From NCBI GenBank assembly GCA_963747235.1, contig CAVVEU010000040.1:1-64000 (forward strand): a DNA stretch of 64,000 bases. Direction: 5' to 3'. Position numbers and translations under genes: made by a program. Origin of the DNA: an uncultured Candidatus Rokubacteria bacterium. GTDB lineage: Bacteria > Methylomirabilota > Methylomirabilia > Rokubacteriales > CSP1-6. Below the pieces are notes generated by a model that worked only from the letters and a program-made list of their open reading frames with translations, made no database searches and had not been told where the DNA came from. This document shows, piece after piece, positions 41,314 through 51,539 of this stretch (the stretch's first letter is position 1; every line of letters starts with the position of its first letter).

Positions 41314-42273
41314 ATGCGCACCGCGCTGTCGGCGGGCCTGCTCGGCCTCACCCTGGCTGTCGCCGTCCTGGCGGGCGCCCAGGCCCCCACGCGGGAGCCC
41401 AACGAGCTGGGCCGCGTGATGATCCTCGAGTACCACAAGATCGACACGCCGGAAGCCCGCTGGACCCGCACCCCGGAGAACTTCCGGCGCGACCTGCAGC
41501 GCCTCTGGGAGCGCGGCTATCGCCTGGTGGCGCTCAACGACTATCTCGACGGCAAGATCGCCCTGCCCGCGGGGACCACGCCCCTCATCCTGACCTTCGA
41601 CGACTCCTCCCCGGGCCAGTTCCGCTATATTCAGCGCGGCAGCGACTGGGTCATCGATCCCGAGTGCGGGATCGGCATCCTGGAAGCCTTCGCGCGCGAG
41701 CATCCGGGCTTCGGCCGCGCGGCCACGTTCTACGTGCTGCCGGGCGCCAACCCGCCCAACCGGCTCTTCAACCAGCCCGACCTGGCCACCCGCAAGCTGC
41801 AGCACCTGGTCAGCCAGGGCTACGAGATCGGCAATCACTCCCTCTGGCACGCGGAGCTGGGCCGCTACTCCGAGGCCGTGGTGCGCGAGCAGCTCGCGGG
41901 CGCGCAGGAGTGGGTGCAGCGCCACGTGCCCGGCTATCGCTTCCGCACCCTCGCGCTCCCGCTGGGCAGCTACCCCAAGGAGCTCGGCTGGGCGCTATCG
42001 GGCGAGGCCAAGGGCATGAGCTACAAGCACGACGCCATCCTGATGGTGGCGGGCGGCGCGGCCCCGTCCCCGCACGCGCGGAACTTCGACGCCAATCGCC
42101 TGCCCCGCATCCAGGCGGTGGGGCCCGACCTCGACTACTGGATCACCTACTTCGACCGGAACCCCGGCGAGCGCTATGTGAGCGACGGGGACGCCGCGAC
42201 CGTCACGGTGGCGAGCGGCAGCACCGGCAAGGTGGGGCTGGTCCGTGCCGCCCGCGTGATCGAGCGGCGGTAG
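41314..42273 (+). CDS. Secreted polysaccharide deacetylase (CE4)
   Basis: Signal peptide; ILEYH, LTFDD, EIGNHSLWH, LALPLG. Confidence 0.85.
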   Translation: MRTALSAGLLGLTLAVAVLAGAQAPTREPNELGRVMILEYHKIDTPEARWTRTPENFRRDLQRLWERGYRLVALNDYLDGKIALPAGTTPLILTFDDSSPGQFRYIQRGSDWVIDPECGIGILEAFAREHPGFGRAATFYVLPGANPPNRLFNQPDLATRKLQHLVSQGYEIGNHSLWHAELGRYSEAVVREQLAGAQEWVQRHVPGYRFRTLALPLGSYPKELGWALSGEAKGMSYKHDAILMVAGGAAPSPHARNFDANRLPRIQAVGPDLDYWITYFDRNPGERYVSDGDAATVTVASGSTGKVGLVRAARVIERR

Positions 42274-42299
42274 CCGCCCGCCCGGCGGTTTCTGCCGCG

Positions 42300-44665
42300 C
42301 TACTTGTAGAGCAGGTAGGGCGCGCGGCGCTGCAGGAACGCGTTGCGCGCGGAGTCGGCCCAGGCGAGGATGCGCGCGAACGGATCGCCCCGCAGCATGG
42401 ACCACATCGTGGAGCGGTTCACCAGCAGGTTCTGGATAGCCGCCGGCCGGAAGTTCCCCGGGTAGCGCTCCATCAGCTCGCGGCCCAGCGCGAGCCCCAC
42501 CGGCACCGCGCGGAGCGCGTCGCGGTCCGTCACCTCGAGCCGCACCCCGCCGACCTGCCGCCCCGCGTGGACGCTCGACGTCGGCGTGAAGAACACGGGA
42601 TGGAACTGCACCCCGGCCAGGCCGCGCGCGTTCATCGCGTCGGCCAGCACCTGGGGATCCGCGATCCAGGGCGCCCCGATCACCTCGAACGGCATCTCGG
42701 TGCCGCGCCCGACCGAGAGGTTGGTCGCCTCCAGCAGGCCCACGCCCGAGTAGAGCAGCGCCTGCGTCTGGTTCCGGATATTGGGTGACGGATTCACCCA
42801 CGTGAGGCCGGTCTCGTCGAACCACTGCGTGCGCTGCCAGTTCTCGAGCGGGATCACCGTGAGCTTGACCGGGAGCTTCCGCTCGCCCACCACCATCTGG
42901 GCGAACTCCCCCATGGTCATGCCGGTACGCACCGGGACGGTGTGGGGCGCCGTGAAGGAGCGCATGTCGGGATCCATCAGCGGCCCTTCGACGATGCTGC
43001 CCGTGATGGGGTTGGGCCGGTCCAGCACCACGACCTGGATCCCGCGGCGCCCGCCCTCCTCCAGTGCGTACACCAGCGTGGTGAGGTAGGTGTAGTAGCG
43101 CACGCCGACGTCCTGGATGTCGAAGACGAGCGTGTCGATGCCGCTGAGCTGCTCGGGCGACGGGCGGCGCCCCGGGCCGTAGAGGCTCCAGATCGCCAGG
43201 CCGGTGGCCGCGTCGCGGCTGTGGGGCACGTTGGCGTCCACGAGCCCGGTGATGCCGTGCTCCGGCGAGAAGAGCGCCTTGAGCTTCACCTGCGGGGCCG
43301 CGGCCAGTAGATCCACCGCGCGGCGCCCCTGCGAGTCGATGCCGGTCTGGTTGGTGATGAGGCCGACGGTGCGCCCGGCCAGCGGCGCGAAGTCGTCGGC
43401 CACCAGGCGATCGAGCCCGGTCAGCGTGGAGCCCTCGGGCAGGAGCGGCGCGCCGTCCGCCGCCGGACTCGTGGCTTCCGTCCGGCTCGAGGCGGTCGCG
43501 ACCGGCGGCTCCTCCCGGGGTGCGAAGCGCGTGCCGACCGCGGCGCTGATCCGCCGGCGCAGCTCGGCCACGTCGCCCTTGCCGTAGGGATGGACGCGAT
43601 TGGTGAGCAGGATCATGTACACGCCGGTCGCCGGGATCCATCCAGATCGCGGGACCGGTGAAGCCGGTGTGGCCCACCGAGCCCGCGGGGAAGTAGGCGC
43701 CGAGCGTGCGCGAGTAGGGCGAGGAGATGTCCCAGCCGAGGCCGCGCGTGGACTCGCCGATCACGTGCGGCGCGAACATCGCCTTGACGGTGGCCTCCTT
43801 CAGGTAGCGCCGGCCGCCGAGCTGGCCGCCCGCCAGGAGCATGCGGCAGAACCGGCTCAGGTCGCTCGCGGTCGAGAAGACGCCGGCGTGCCCCGCGATG
43901 CCGTGCAGCAGCCGCGCGTTGCCGTCGTGCACCACCCCGCGGAGCGGGCCGTGGTTGTTCACCACCTCGGTGGGCGCGATGCGCTTGCGCCACGCGGCCG
44001 GGCGGGTCGAACGCGGTATCGCGCATGCCGAGCGGGGCGTAGAACTGCTTCCGCGCGAAGGTGTCGAGCGGCATGCCGCTCACGCGCCGGACCAGCTCCC
44101 CGAGGAGAATGTAGCCGGTGTCGCTGTAGAGGAACGTGAGGCCCGGAGGCACCGCGAGGCCGGCGCGCGCCTGGATGCGCCCGGCCTCCGGGAAGCCCTT
44201 GGCCATCGCCTCGCGCGACGGCAGATCGTTCATGCCCGCCGAGTGGGTGAGCAGGCGCATCACCGTCACGTCCTGGAACGCGGCGGTGTCGAACTCCTTG
44301 AGGTAGCGGCCGAGCGGCGCGTTCAGATCGATCTTGCCCATCTCCCAGAGCCGCAGGACGGAGGGCGCGGTGGCGATCACCTTCGTGAGGGACGCGATGT
44401 CGAAGATCGTGTCCGCGGTCATCAGCTCGGGATGCGGCACGGTGGCGCGCCAGCCCAGGACCTTTCGATGGAGGATCTGATCGCCCTGCCCGACAACCAG
44501 CACCGCGCCCGGGATCTCCGACGAGGCCACCGAGTCCCGGATCGCTTCGTCCACCGCGAGCTGCCAGGTCACGGTCTGGGCCGGGACCGGGGAAGACGTG
44601 GCCGCGACCACCATCACGGGAAGGAGCAGCACGGGGAGCAGGAGCCCGGTCGAGCGAAACCGCAT
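42300..44665 (-). CDS. Serine hydrolase (beta-lactamase fold) fused to DUF1343/NamZ-like exo-N-acetylmuramidase; frameshifts near 44000 and 43630
   Basis: FDIASLTK (SxxK), LLTH, YSD, GVVHD, GHAG, GHTGFTG; then GLITNQTG, FSPEHG, DIQDVGVR, LDRPNP, NPSPN, SVGRGT. Confidence 0.85.
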
Positions 44666-44740
44666 GGCACTATGATACGGGCTGGCGTAGGCGCCGCCGC
44701 GCGAAAATCTCGGCGCCCCGGCCCGTGCTACGATCCGCCC

Positions 44741-45646
44741 GTGGCGCAACGCGTGTTCGTGACCGGCGGCACCGGCTTCGTCGGCAAGGCGGTCATCCGC
44801 GCACTTCTTGCGCAGGGTTTTCTCGTCCGCTGCCTCGTCCGGCCGGGCTCCGAGGGGGACCTCAAGGGCTTCGAATCCATCGACCGCGTTCCCGGTGACG
44901 TGCTCCAGCCGGATGGGCTCACCGCGAGCGTGGAAGGCTGCAGCGCGCTCGTGCATCTGGTCGGCATCATCCGCGAGCAGCGCGGGCGGGGCGTCACCTT
45001 CGAGCGCCTGCACGTCCAGGCCACCCGGAACATGCTCGCGCTCGCGCGCGCGGCCGGCATCAAGCGCTTTGCCCAGATGAGCGCGCTGGGCACGCGATCC
45101 GGCGCCCGCGCGCGGTATCACCAGACGAAGTGGGAGGCGGAAGAAGCGGTGCGCGCGAGCGATCTGGCGTGGACCATCCTCCGGCCGTCCATCATCTTCG
45201 GGCGCGGCGACGCCTTCATGTCCGTGCTGGGACAGGCCGTCAAGCGACTCCCGGTGATGCCGGTGCTGGGCGACGGCCGCTACCGGCTCCAGCCGATCGC
45301 GGTGGAGCAGGTCGCGGACGGCTTCGGTCGCGCGCTGCGCACGCCCGAGAGCGTGCGGCAGACGTACGAGGTGGCCGGCCCGACGCCCTACGCCTTCGTG
45401 GACCTGCTCGACGCGATCGGCCGCGCGGTCGGCCGCGCGCGCGTGCGCAAGCTCCACGTGCCCCTGGCTCCCGTGCGCGTGATGACCCGCGCGCTCGACT
45501 GGCTGCCGTTCTATCCGCTCTCCACCGATCAGCTCGTGATGCTGGAAGAAGAGAGCGTGACCGATCCCTCGCGCTTCTTCACCGAGCTGGGCCTCCAGCC
45601 CGAGCCACTCGCCGCCGGCCTCGCGCGCATGTTCGCCGCGCCATGA
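44741..45646 (+). CDS. NAD(P)-dependent epimerase / NDUFA9-like SDR
   Basis: VTGGTGFVG, HLVGII, MSALG, YHQTKWEAE, RPSIIFG. Confidence 0.88.
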   Translation: MAQRVFVTGGTGFVGKAVIRALLAQGFLVRCLVRPGSEGDLKGFESIDRVPGDVLQPDGLTASVEGCSALVHLVGIIREQRGRGVTFERLHVQATRNMLALARAAGIKRFAQMSALGTRSGARARYHQTKWEAEEAVRASDLAWTILRPSIIFGRGDAFMSVLGQAVKRLPVMPVLGDGRYRLQPIAVEQVADGFGRALRTPESVRQTYEVAGPTPYAFVDLLDAIGRAVGRARVRKLHVPLAPVRVMTRALDWLPFYPLSTDQLVMLEEESVTDPSRFFTELGLQPEPLAAGLARMFAAP

Positions 45647-46101
45647 GCGAGTGGCCGGTGCACGGCGCGTTCCCGCACCAGCACGGTGACGCGCGCGGAC
45701 TCATGGAGCGCATCCAGGCGCAGCTCCGCGAGCGCATCGAGGAAGCCGTGGAGATGGCCGCGCTGAAGCTCATGGTAGATCTGCGCGCGGCCACCGGACG
45801 CCCCGCGCCCGAGACCACCAGCACCGCCGACCGCGCCGAGTTCGAGGCCGGCTCGCGGGCCCTGCTCGCGTGGCTGCGCGACGCGTACGTGGCCGAGCTG
45901 CCGGCGGACCTGCGCCCGAGCTTCGACGAGGTCGAGACCGCCGCGGGCGACGAGCCCGCGCGCCTGCTCACCGGCCAGGTGTGGCTGGCCCGGCGGCTCC
46001 CCGACTACTGGCAGCGCTTCGAGCGCTACCAGCGCCAGTACGCGGAGCAGCGGCTGGCCGACCCGGCCGGGCCCGGGTGGCTCAAGCGGCTTTTCGGCTG
46101 A
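45643..46101 (+). CDS. Hypothetical helical protein (152 aa)
   Basis: ATG overlaps the upstream stop; coding-like composition; ends GWLKRLFG. Confidence 0.7.
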   Translation: MSEWPVHGAFPHQHGDARGLMERIQAQLRERIEEAVEMAALKLMVDLRAATGRPAPETTSTADRAEFEAGSRALLAWLRDAYVAELPADLRPSFDEVETAAGDEPARLLTGQVWLARRLPDYWQRFERYQRQYAEQRLADPAGPGWLKRLFG

Positions 46102-46360
46102 TCCGGGCGGGCGCCTCCGCGCCGTCCTTGCGGAGCCCGGCCACGGCCCAGAGGTCCTCGCACTCCTCGAGCGTGCGCGTCCACTCGTCGTAGCCATCCA
46201 GCAGCGCCGCCCGGAGCGCGGTCAGCCGCTCCTCACAGCGCTCGATGGGAGCCCTCAGATCGGACTTGAGGCCGGCGGCGGTGTCTTCCCCCACGCGCAC
46301 GGCGATCCGGTCCAGCAAGCGGTTCAGCTCGTCCTGTAGCAGCCTCTCCAAGGCATTCAT
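46082..46360 (-). CDS. Hypothetical coiled-coil protein (92 aa)
   Basis: Strong AGGAGGT SD and TTGACA upstream; helical composition. Confidence 0.7.
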   Translation of the reverse strand: MNALERLLQDELNRLLDRIAVRVGEDTAAGLKSDLRAPIERCEERLTALRAALLDGYDEWTRTLEECEDLWAVAGLRKDGAEAPARISRKAA

Positions 46361-46438
46361 CTCAGCACCTCCTGTGGAGACCTCTATACTAAACAGGTGA
46401 AGAGCTTAGACTGTCAAGCAGTCGCCCGGTATTTCCAC

Positions 46439-46477
46439 TTGACCCCGTGAAACAAGAGCCGTACGGTGTTGCAACAC
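46439..46477 (+). promoter_or_regulatory. chr operon promoter with palindromic operator
   Basis: TTGACC-N17-TACGGT followed by the perfect palindrome GTGTTGCAACAC (46466-46477) abutting the ATG. Confidence 0.6.
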
Positions 46478-47404
46478 ATGTTGCACGGATGGCTACTCCT
46501 GTTGCTGAGTCTCCCACCCCGGCCTTCCAGCCTGCGCGTCCGCGCCTGGCGCAGACTGCGAGGGCTGGGCGCCGTGCCGCTCAGGAGCTCGGCCTACCTC
46601 CTGCCCGACTCCCCGGATCGCTACGAGCAGTTCCAGTGGCTCGCCCAGGAGATCCAGCGCGACGGCGGCGAGGCCACCCTGCTTCGCGTGGACCGGATCG
46701 AGAACATGCAGCAGCCGGACGTGGTGCGCCTGTTCCAGGAGGCTCGCAACCAGGACTACGCGGCCCTCGCGGAGCGCTACCGCAAGCTGCTCAAGGGCCG
46801 CCGGCCGCGGCTCGCCGAGGAGCTGGCCCGGCTCGCCCGCGAGATGGGCCGGATCACCGAGATCGACTTCTTCGAAGCGCCCGGCCGCCGGGAGGTGGAG
46901 CGCGCGCGGGAAGCCGTCGAGGAGCGCACGGCCCTGGGACGGGCGCGGCCGGCGGGCGCGGCCCCGCCTCTCGATCTCGCCGCGCTCAAGGGACGGCGCT
47001 GGGTCACGCGGCCGCGGCCCCACGTGGACCGCATCGCGTCGGCGTGGCTCATCAAGCGCTTCGTGGATCCGGAGGCCGAGTTCGTCTTCGCGCCGCCCGA
47101 CCAGATTCCGGGTGACGCCATCCCGTTCGACATGGCCGGCGTGGACTTCGGCCATCAGGGCGAGGACTGCACCTTCGAGACCCTGCTGCGCCGCACCGGG
47201 CTCCGCGACCGCAAGCTCGCCATCCTGGCCGAGATCGTCCACGAGGCCGACATCAAGGACCAGAAGTTCGCGCGCGAGGAAGCCCGCGGGATCGATCTCG
47301 CGCTGCGCGCGCTGCTGAGCGCGATCAAGGACGACCACGAGGCCCTCGCGCACGGGATGACCCTGTTCGACGGCCTCTACGCCACCGTCGGGGAGCGCGC
47401 ATGA
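46478..47404 (+). CDS. chrB: Chromate resistance regulator ChrB
   Basis: WLLL...RVRAWRRL N-domain, IDFF, WVTRPRPHVDRIASAWLIKRFVD, H...CTFE. Confidence 0.9.
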   Translation: MLHGWLLLLLSLPPRPSSLRVRAWRRLRGLGAVPLRSSAYLLPDSPDRYEQFQWLAQEIQRDGGEATLLRVDRIENMQQPDVVRLFQEARNQDYAALAERYRKLLKGRRPRLAEELARLAREMGRITEIDFFEAPGRREVERAREAVEERTALGRARPAGAAPPLDLAALKGRRWVTRPRPHVDRIASAWLIKRFVDPEAEFVFAPPDQIPGDAIPFDMAGVDFGHQGEDCTFETLLRRTGLRDRKLAILAEIVHEADIKDQKFAREEARGIDLALRALLSAIKDDHEALAHGMTLFDGLYATVGERA

Positions 47405-48569
47405 GCGAGCCGCGGACGACCTGGGGCCTCGTTCGTTACTTCCTCTACCTGGGCAGCCTCGGCTTCGGCGGGCCGGTGGCGCTCATCGGCTACATGCAGC
47501 GTGACCTCGTCGAGCGCCGATCGTGGTTCACCAAGCAGGACTACTTGAAGGGGCTGACCCTCTCGCAGCTCGCCCCCGGCCCCCTCGCCGCCCAGCTCGC
47601 CATGTGCCTCGGCTACGTCCACGGCGGGGCCGCGGGCGCCACCCTGATCGGACTCGCGTTCATCCTGCCCTCGTTCCTGATGACGCTGGCGCTGGGCGCG
47701 GTCTACGTCGCCTACGGCGGCCTCGGGTGGATGCAGGCGGCATTCTACGGAGTGGGCGCCGCGGTGATCGGCATCATCGTGCGCTCGGCCTGGAAGCTCC
47801 TGCGCCTGTCGCTCGCGGCGGACCGGTTGCTGTGGGCGATCGCCGGCGCGATGGCGCTCGTCACGGTGTGGACCGAGACCGAGATCGGCAGCCTGTTCAT
47901 CCTGTGCGGCCTCGTGGTGCTGCTGGTGCAGGCGCCACCGCGCCGCTTGCTGGCCTGGGCCGGCTCGAGCAAGAGCCTGCCCGCGCTGGGCTGGCCCCTG
48001 TTCTGATGACGGGCCTGACCGCCACCGCGACGCCCGGCGTGCTGGCCCAGATCCTCTGGTTCTTCACGAAGGCGGGCGCGTTCGTGTTCGGCAGCGGCCT
48101 GGCCATCGTGCCCTTCCTCTACGGCGGCGTCGTGCAGGAGTACCGGTGGCTCACCGACCAGCAGTTCCTCGACGCGGTCGCGGTGGCCATGCTGACGCCG
48201 GGGCCGGTGGTGATCACGGTGGCCTTCATCGGCTATCTCGTCGCGGGCGTGGCGGGCGGCACCGCGGCCGCCATCGGCGTCTTCCTGCCGACCTACCTCT
48301 TCGTCGTCGTGCCGTACCGCTGGTTCGATCGCTTCGGCGAGAACCCGCAGGTGAAGGCCTTCGTCAACGGCGTGACCGCCGCGGCGGCGGGCGCCATCGC
48401 GGGCGCCTGCGTCGTCCTCGGCCGCCGCGCCATCTTCGACCTGCCCACCGCCCTGATCGGGCTGGTCGCGTTCGGCCTGCTCTGGCGCCTGAAGGTGCCC
48501 GAGCCGATCCTGATCGCGGCGGCGGGCGTCACCGGTCTCATCATCTTCTGGATCAAAGGAGCCCTATGA
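47401..48569 (+). CDS. chrA: Chromate efflux transporter ChrA (two halves; break at 48003-48006)
   Basis: GFGGP...QLAPGP in the N-half; VFGSG...MLTPGP in the C-half. Confidence 0.9.
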
Positions 48570-48982
48570 GCACAGCACGATCCGTTCTCTTCGTCTGTCT
48601 GCACGGCGCGGCCAAGAGCGTCCTCGCCGCCGCCGATTTCAGGAAGCTGGCCGCCGAGCGCGGTCTCGCCCTCACCGCCGATGCGGCCGGCACCGAGCCG
48701 GATCCCGTGATCGCTCCCGGCGTCGTGGCCGCGCTGCGGGCGGAAGGGGTCGAGCTCGGCCAGACCCGGCCGCGGCGGGTCACCGCGGACGAGACCGCGC
48801 GGGCCGATCGCGTCGTCACGTTCGGCTGCGAGCTCGGCGAGGCGACGCCGACCGCGGTGCCGGTCGAGCGCTGGGACGACGTGCCCGCGGTGAGCGAGAA
48901 CCTGCCGCTCGCCCGCGTCGCGATCCGCCGCCATCTCGACCGCCTGCTCGACGAGTGCGCGACTACGGGAGCCCAGCGATGA
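48566..48982 (+). CDS. Atypical LMW-PTP / ArsC-fold protein
   Basis: VLFVCLHGAAKS P-loop, AAGTEP, ADRVVTFGC, ERWDDVP. Confidence 0.75.
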   Translation: MSTARSVLFVCLHGAAKSVLAAADFRKLAAERGLALTADAAGTEPDPVIAPGVVAALRAEGVELGQTRPRRVTADETARADRVVTFGCELGEATPTAVPVERWDDVPAVSENLPLARVAIRRHLDRLLDECATTGAQR

Positions 48983-49404
48983 AGTGGGTGACGCGACGCA
49001 AGGCCCGGGTGGACCGCATCGCCTGCCCCTGGCTCATCCAGCGCTTCATCGACCCGCAGGCCGAGTTCCTGTTCGTGGCGGAGGACCAGGTCATGGACAC
49101 CGCGCGGCGCGAAGGCGCCCTGCCCTTCGACGTGCCCGACGTCGAGCTCGGCCACCACGGGGACCGCTGTTCCTTCGACGCGTTCCTCGACAAGTACGCG
49201 CTGACCGATCCGGCCCTTCACGCCCTCGGCGAGATCGTGCGAGGCGCCGACACGGAAGCCCGCGGGATCGCCCGCGAGGCCTGGGGGCTCTACGCGGTGG
49301 CCAGCGGCTTCCGCGCGATCACCCGCGACGACGTCGAGAACATGGCGCTCCAGTTCCCGGTCTACGACGCGCTCTACGCCTACTGCCGGGCCGATCGCGC
49401 GTGA
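48979..49404 (+). CDS. Stand-alone ChrB C-terminal-domain protein (ChrF-like)
   Basis: MKWVTR...VDRIACPWLIQRFID...H...CSFD...IVRGAD...YDALY. Confidence 0.85.
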   Translation: MKWVTRRKARVDRIACPWLIQRFIDPQAEFLFVAEDQVMDTARREGALPFDVPDVELGHHGDRCSFDAFLDKYALTDPALHALGEIVRGADTEARGIAREAWGLYAVASGFRAITRDDVENMALQFPVYDALYAYCRADRA

Positions 49405-50552
49405 GCCGCGACGGGCGCCTGGTCTTCGTCGCGAAGGCGACGCGCACCTTCTGCTACGGCTTTCTCGGCGTCCTCTTCCCGGTCTACCTGGCCGAGCGCG
49501 GCTTCGACGCCCGGCAGATCGGGGTGGCGGTGACGCTGACCCTGCTCGCCAGCGCGGCGATGACCTTCGCGATTCGCCGCCCCGCCGAGCGCTACGGCGC
49601 CCGAGCCGCGCTGGTCGCTCAGGCCGGCCTCATCGTCGTCTCCGCCCTGGTCTTCCTGGTGACCGAGCAGCCCTGGCTGATCGTCGCCGCGGCCATGGTG
49701 GGCAACCTGGCGGTCGGCACGGGCGAGACCGGCCCGTTCCTCACGCTCGAGCAGGTCGCGGTGACCCGCGCCACCCCACGCGAGCGCCTGACCACCGCAC
49801 TGAGCTTCTACAACCTCGTCGGCTACGCCGCCTCCGCGCTCGGCGCCGCCGCCGTCGGATACGCGGGCCCCTCGCCCCGCCTGCTGTTCTCGGTCTTCCT
49901 CGCCGGCGGGCTCGTCCAGATGGGCGCCTATGCGCTGATGCGGCCCGACCCGGGGCGGGCCACCGTCACCCGCCGCGCCGGGTCGGCGCCATCGCGCCCG
50001 CTCATCCACCGCCTGGCCGCGCTCTTCGCGCTCGACTCCCTGGCGGGCGGCTTCGTGCTCCAGAGCCTCATCGCCTACTGGCTCTACACGCGCTTCGAGA
50101 TGGACCTGGCCGCGCTGGGCTGGACGTTCTTCGGCGCCCAGGTGCTCTCGGGCCTCTCCCTGCTCCTGGCCGCGCGCCTCGCGCCCCGCCTGGGCCTCGT
50201 CAACACCATGGTCTTCTCGCACCTGATCTCGAACGTGCTGCTGATCGGGGTCGCGCTGGCGCCGTCCGCCGCGCTGGCGGTGACCCTGCTGCTGGCCCGC
50301 CACCTGCTCTCCCAGATGGACGTGCCCACGCGGCAGAGCTTCCTGATGCTGGCCGTGCAGGATCACGAGCGCGAGGGCGCGGCCAGCCTCACCAACGTGA
50401 GCCGTACGCTCGCCCAGTCGATCAGTCCCGCGCTCAGCGGCCTGGTGATCGCGAGTGGATCCCTCGCCGCGCCGTTCTTCCTGGGCGGAGGCTTGAAGAT
50501 CGTCTACGACCTGATGCTCTACGCGACCATCCGCCACGTCGAGACGCGATGA
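49401..50552 (+). CDS. MFS transporter
   Basis: About 12 hydrophobic segments; GPFLTLEQ, LFALDSLAGG, SQMDVPTRQ, LKIVYD. Confidence 0.88.
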   Translation: MSRDGRLVFVAKATRTFCYGFLGVLFPVYLAERGFDARQIGVAVTLTLLASAAMTFAIRRPAERYGARAALVAQAGLIVVSALVFLVTEQPWLIVAAAMVGNLAVGTGETGPFLTLEQVAVTRATPRERLTTALSFYNLVGYAASALGAAAVGYAGPSPRLLFSVFLAGGLVQMGAYALMRPDPGRATVTRRAGSAPSRPLIHRLAALFALDSLAGGFVLQSLIAYWLYTRFEMDLAALGWTFFGAQVLSGLSLLLAARLAPRLGLVNTMVFSHLISNVLLIGVALAPSAALAVTLLLARHLLSQMDVPTRQSFLMLAVQDHEREGAASLTNVSRTLAQSISPALSGLVIASGSLAAPFFLGGGLKIVYDLMLYATIRHVETR

Positions 50553-51532
50553 CCCTGGTCCTCACCCGCGGAGACGTGGCGGCCCTGCTGACGCTGGACG
50601 AATGCATCGCCGCGGTCGAGCAGGCGTTTGCGCTCCAGGGCGCGGATCGGGCCCTCGGGCCCGGCATCCTCGGGCTCCACGTGCCCGACGGCGGCTTCCA
50701 CGTCAAGGCAGCGGGGCTGCCGCTCGCTCGCCTCTACGTCGCAGTCAAGCTCAACGCCAACTTCCCCGGGAACGGCCCGCGGCGCGGGCTGCCGACGATC
50801 CAGGGGGTCGTCGCGCTCTCCGACGGAGAGACCGGGCAACCCCTGGCGCTCATGGACTCCATGGAGATCACCGTGCTGCGGACCGGCGCGGCCACCGCGG
50901 TCGCAGCCCGGCACCTGGCCCGGCCTGACGCGCGCGTGGCCACCATCGTGGGCTGCGGACGCCAGGGGCGCATCCAGCTCGCCGCCCTCGCGCGGGTGCG
51001 TCCGCTCGAGCGCGCCTACGCGGTGGACACGGACGCCACGGTCGCGCGGCGATTCGCGGAGGAGGCGTCCGCCCAGCTCGGCCTGGACGTGCGCCCGGCC
51101 GGATCGGCCGCCGAGGCGGCTCCGCTCAGCGATATCTGCGTGACGTGCACGCCCTCGCGGCATCCTCTCCTGCGCCGGGAAGACATCGCCGCCGGAACCT
51201 TCATCGCCGCGGTGGGCGCCGACAACGAGGACAAGGTCGAGATCGATCCGGCGCTGATGGCGGCGGGCCTCATCGTGGTGGACAGCCTCGAGCAGTGCGC
51301 GACGATCGGCGATCTCCACCACGCGCTCGCGCGCGGCGTTCTCTCCACGGCCGACGTGCACGCGACGCTGGCCGAGGTGGTCGCCGGCCGCAGGCCGGGC
51401 CGGACGTCGGCCGAGGAGATCACGATCTTCGACAGCACCGGGGTGGCGATCGAGGACGTGGCCGCCGCGGTCGCGATCTACGAGAGAGCCATCACGTTGG
51501 GACGCGGCGTCACGATCGATCTGGCCGGATGA
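50549..51532 (+). CDS. Ornithine cyclodeaminase / mu-crystallin family protein
   Basis: NFPGN...PTIQG, TVLRTGA, GCGRQG, AVGAD, FDSTGVAIED. Confidence 0.9.
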   Translation: MTLVLTRGDVAALLTLDECIAAVEQAFALQGADRALGPGILGLHVPDGGFHVKAAGLPLARLYVAVKLNANFPGNGPRRGLPTIQGVVALSDGETGQPLALMDSMEITVLRTGAATAVAARHLARPDARVATIVGCGRQGRIQLAALARVRPLERAYAVDTDATVARRFAEEASAQLGLDVRPAGSAAEAAPLSDICVTCTPSRHPLLRREDIAAGTFIAAVGADNEDKVEIDPALMAAGLIVVDSLEQCATIGDLHHALARGVLSTADVHATLAEVVAGRRPGRTSAEEITIFDSTGVAIEDVAAAVAIYERAITLGRGVTIDLAG

Positions 51533-51539
51533 GGGCGCG

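Noticed and set aside
47990-48020. chrA as a natural pair of short-chain CHR genes (TGATG overlap)
   Set aside because: Adding one base gives a continuous hydrophobic linker (PLF-L-MTG) and indels are common here; a frameshifted long-chain ChrA is more likely, though unresolved without reads
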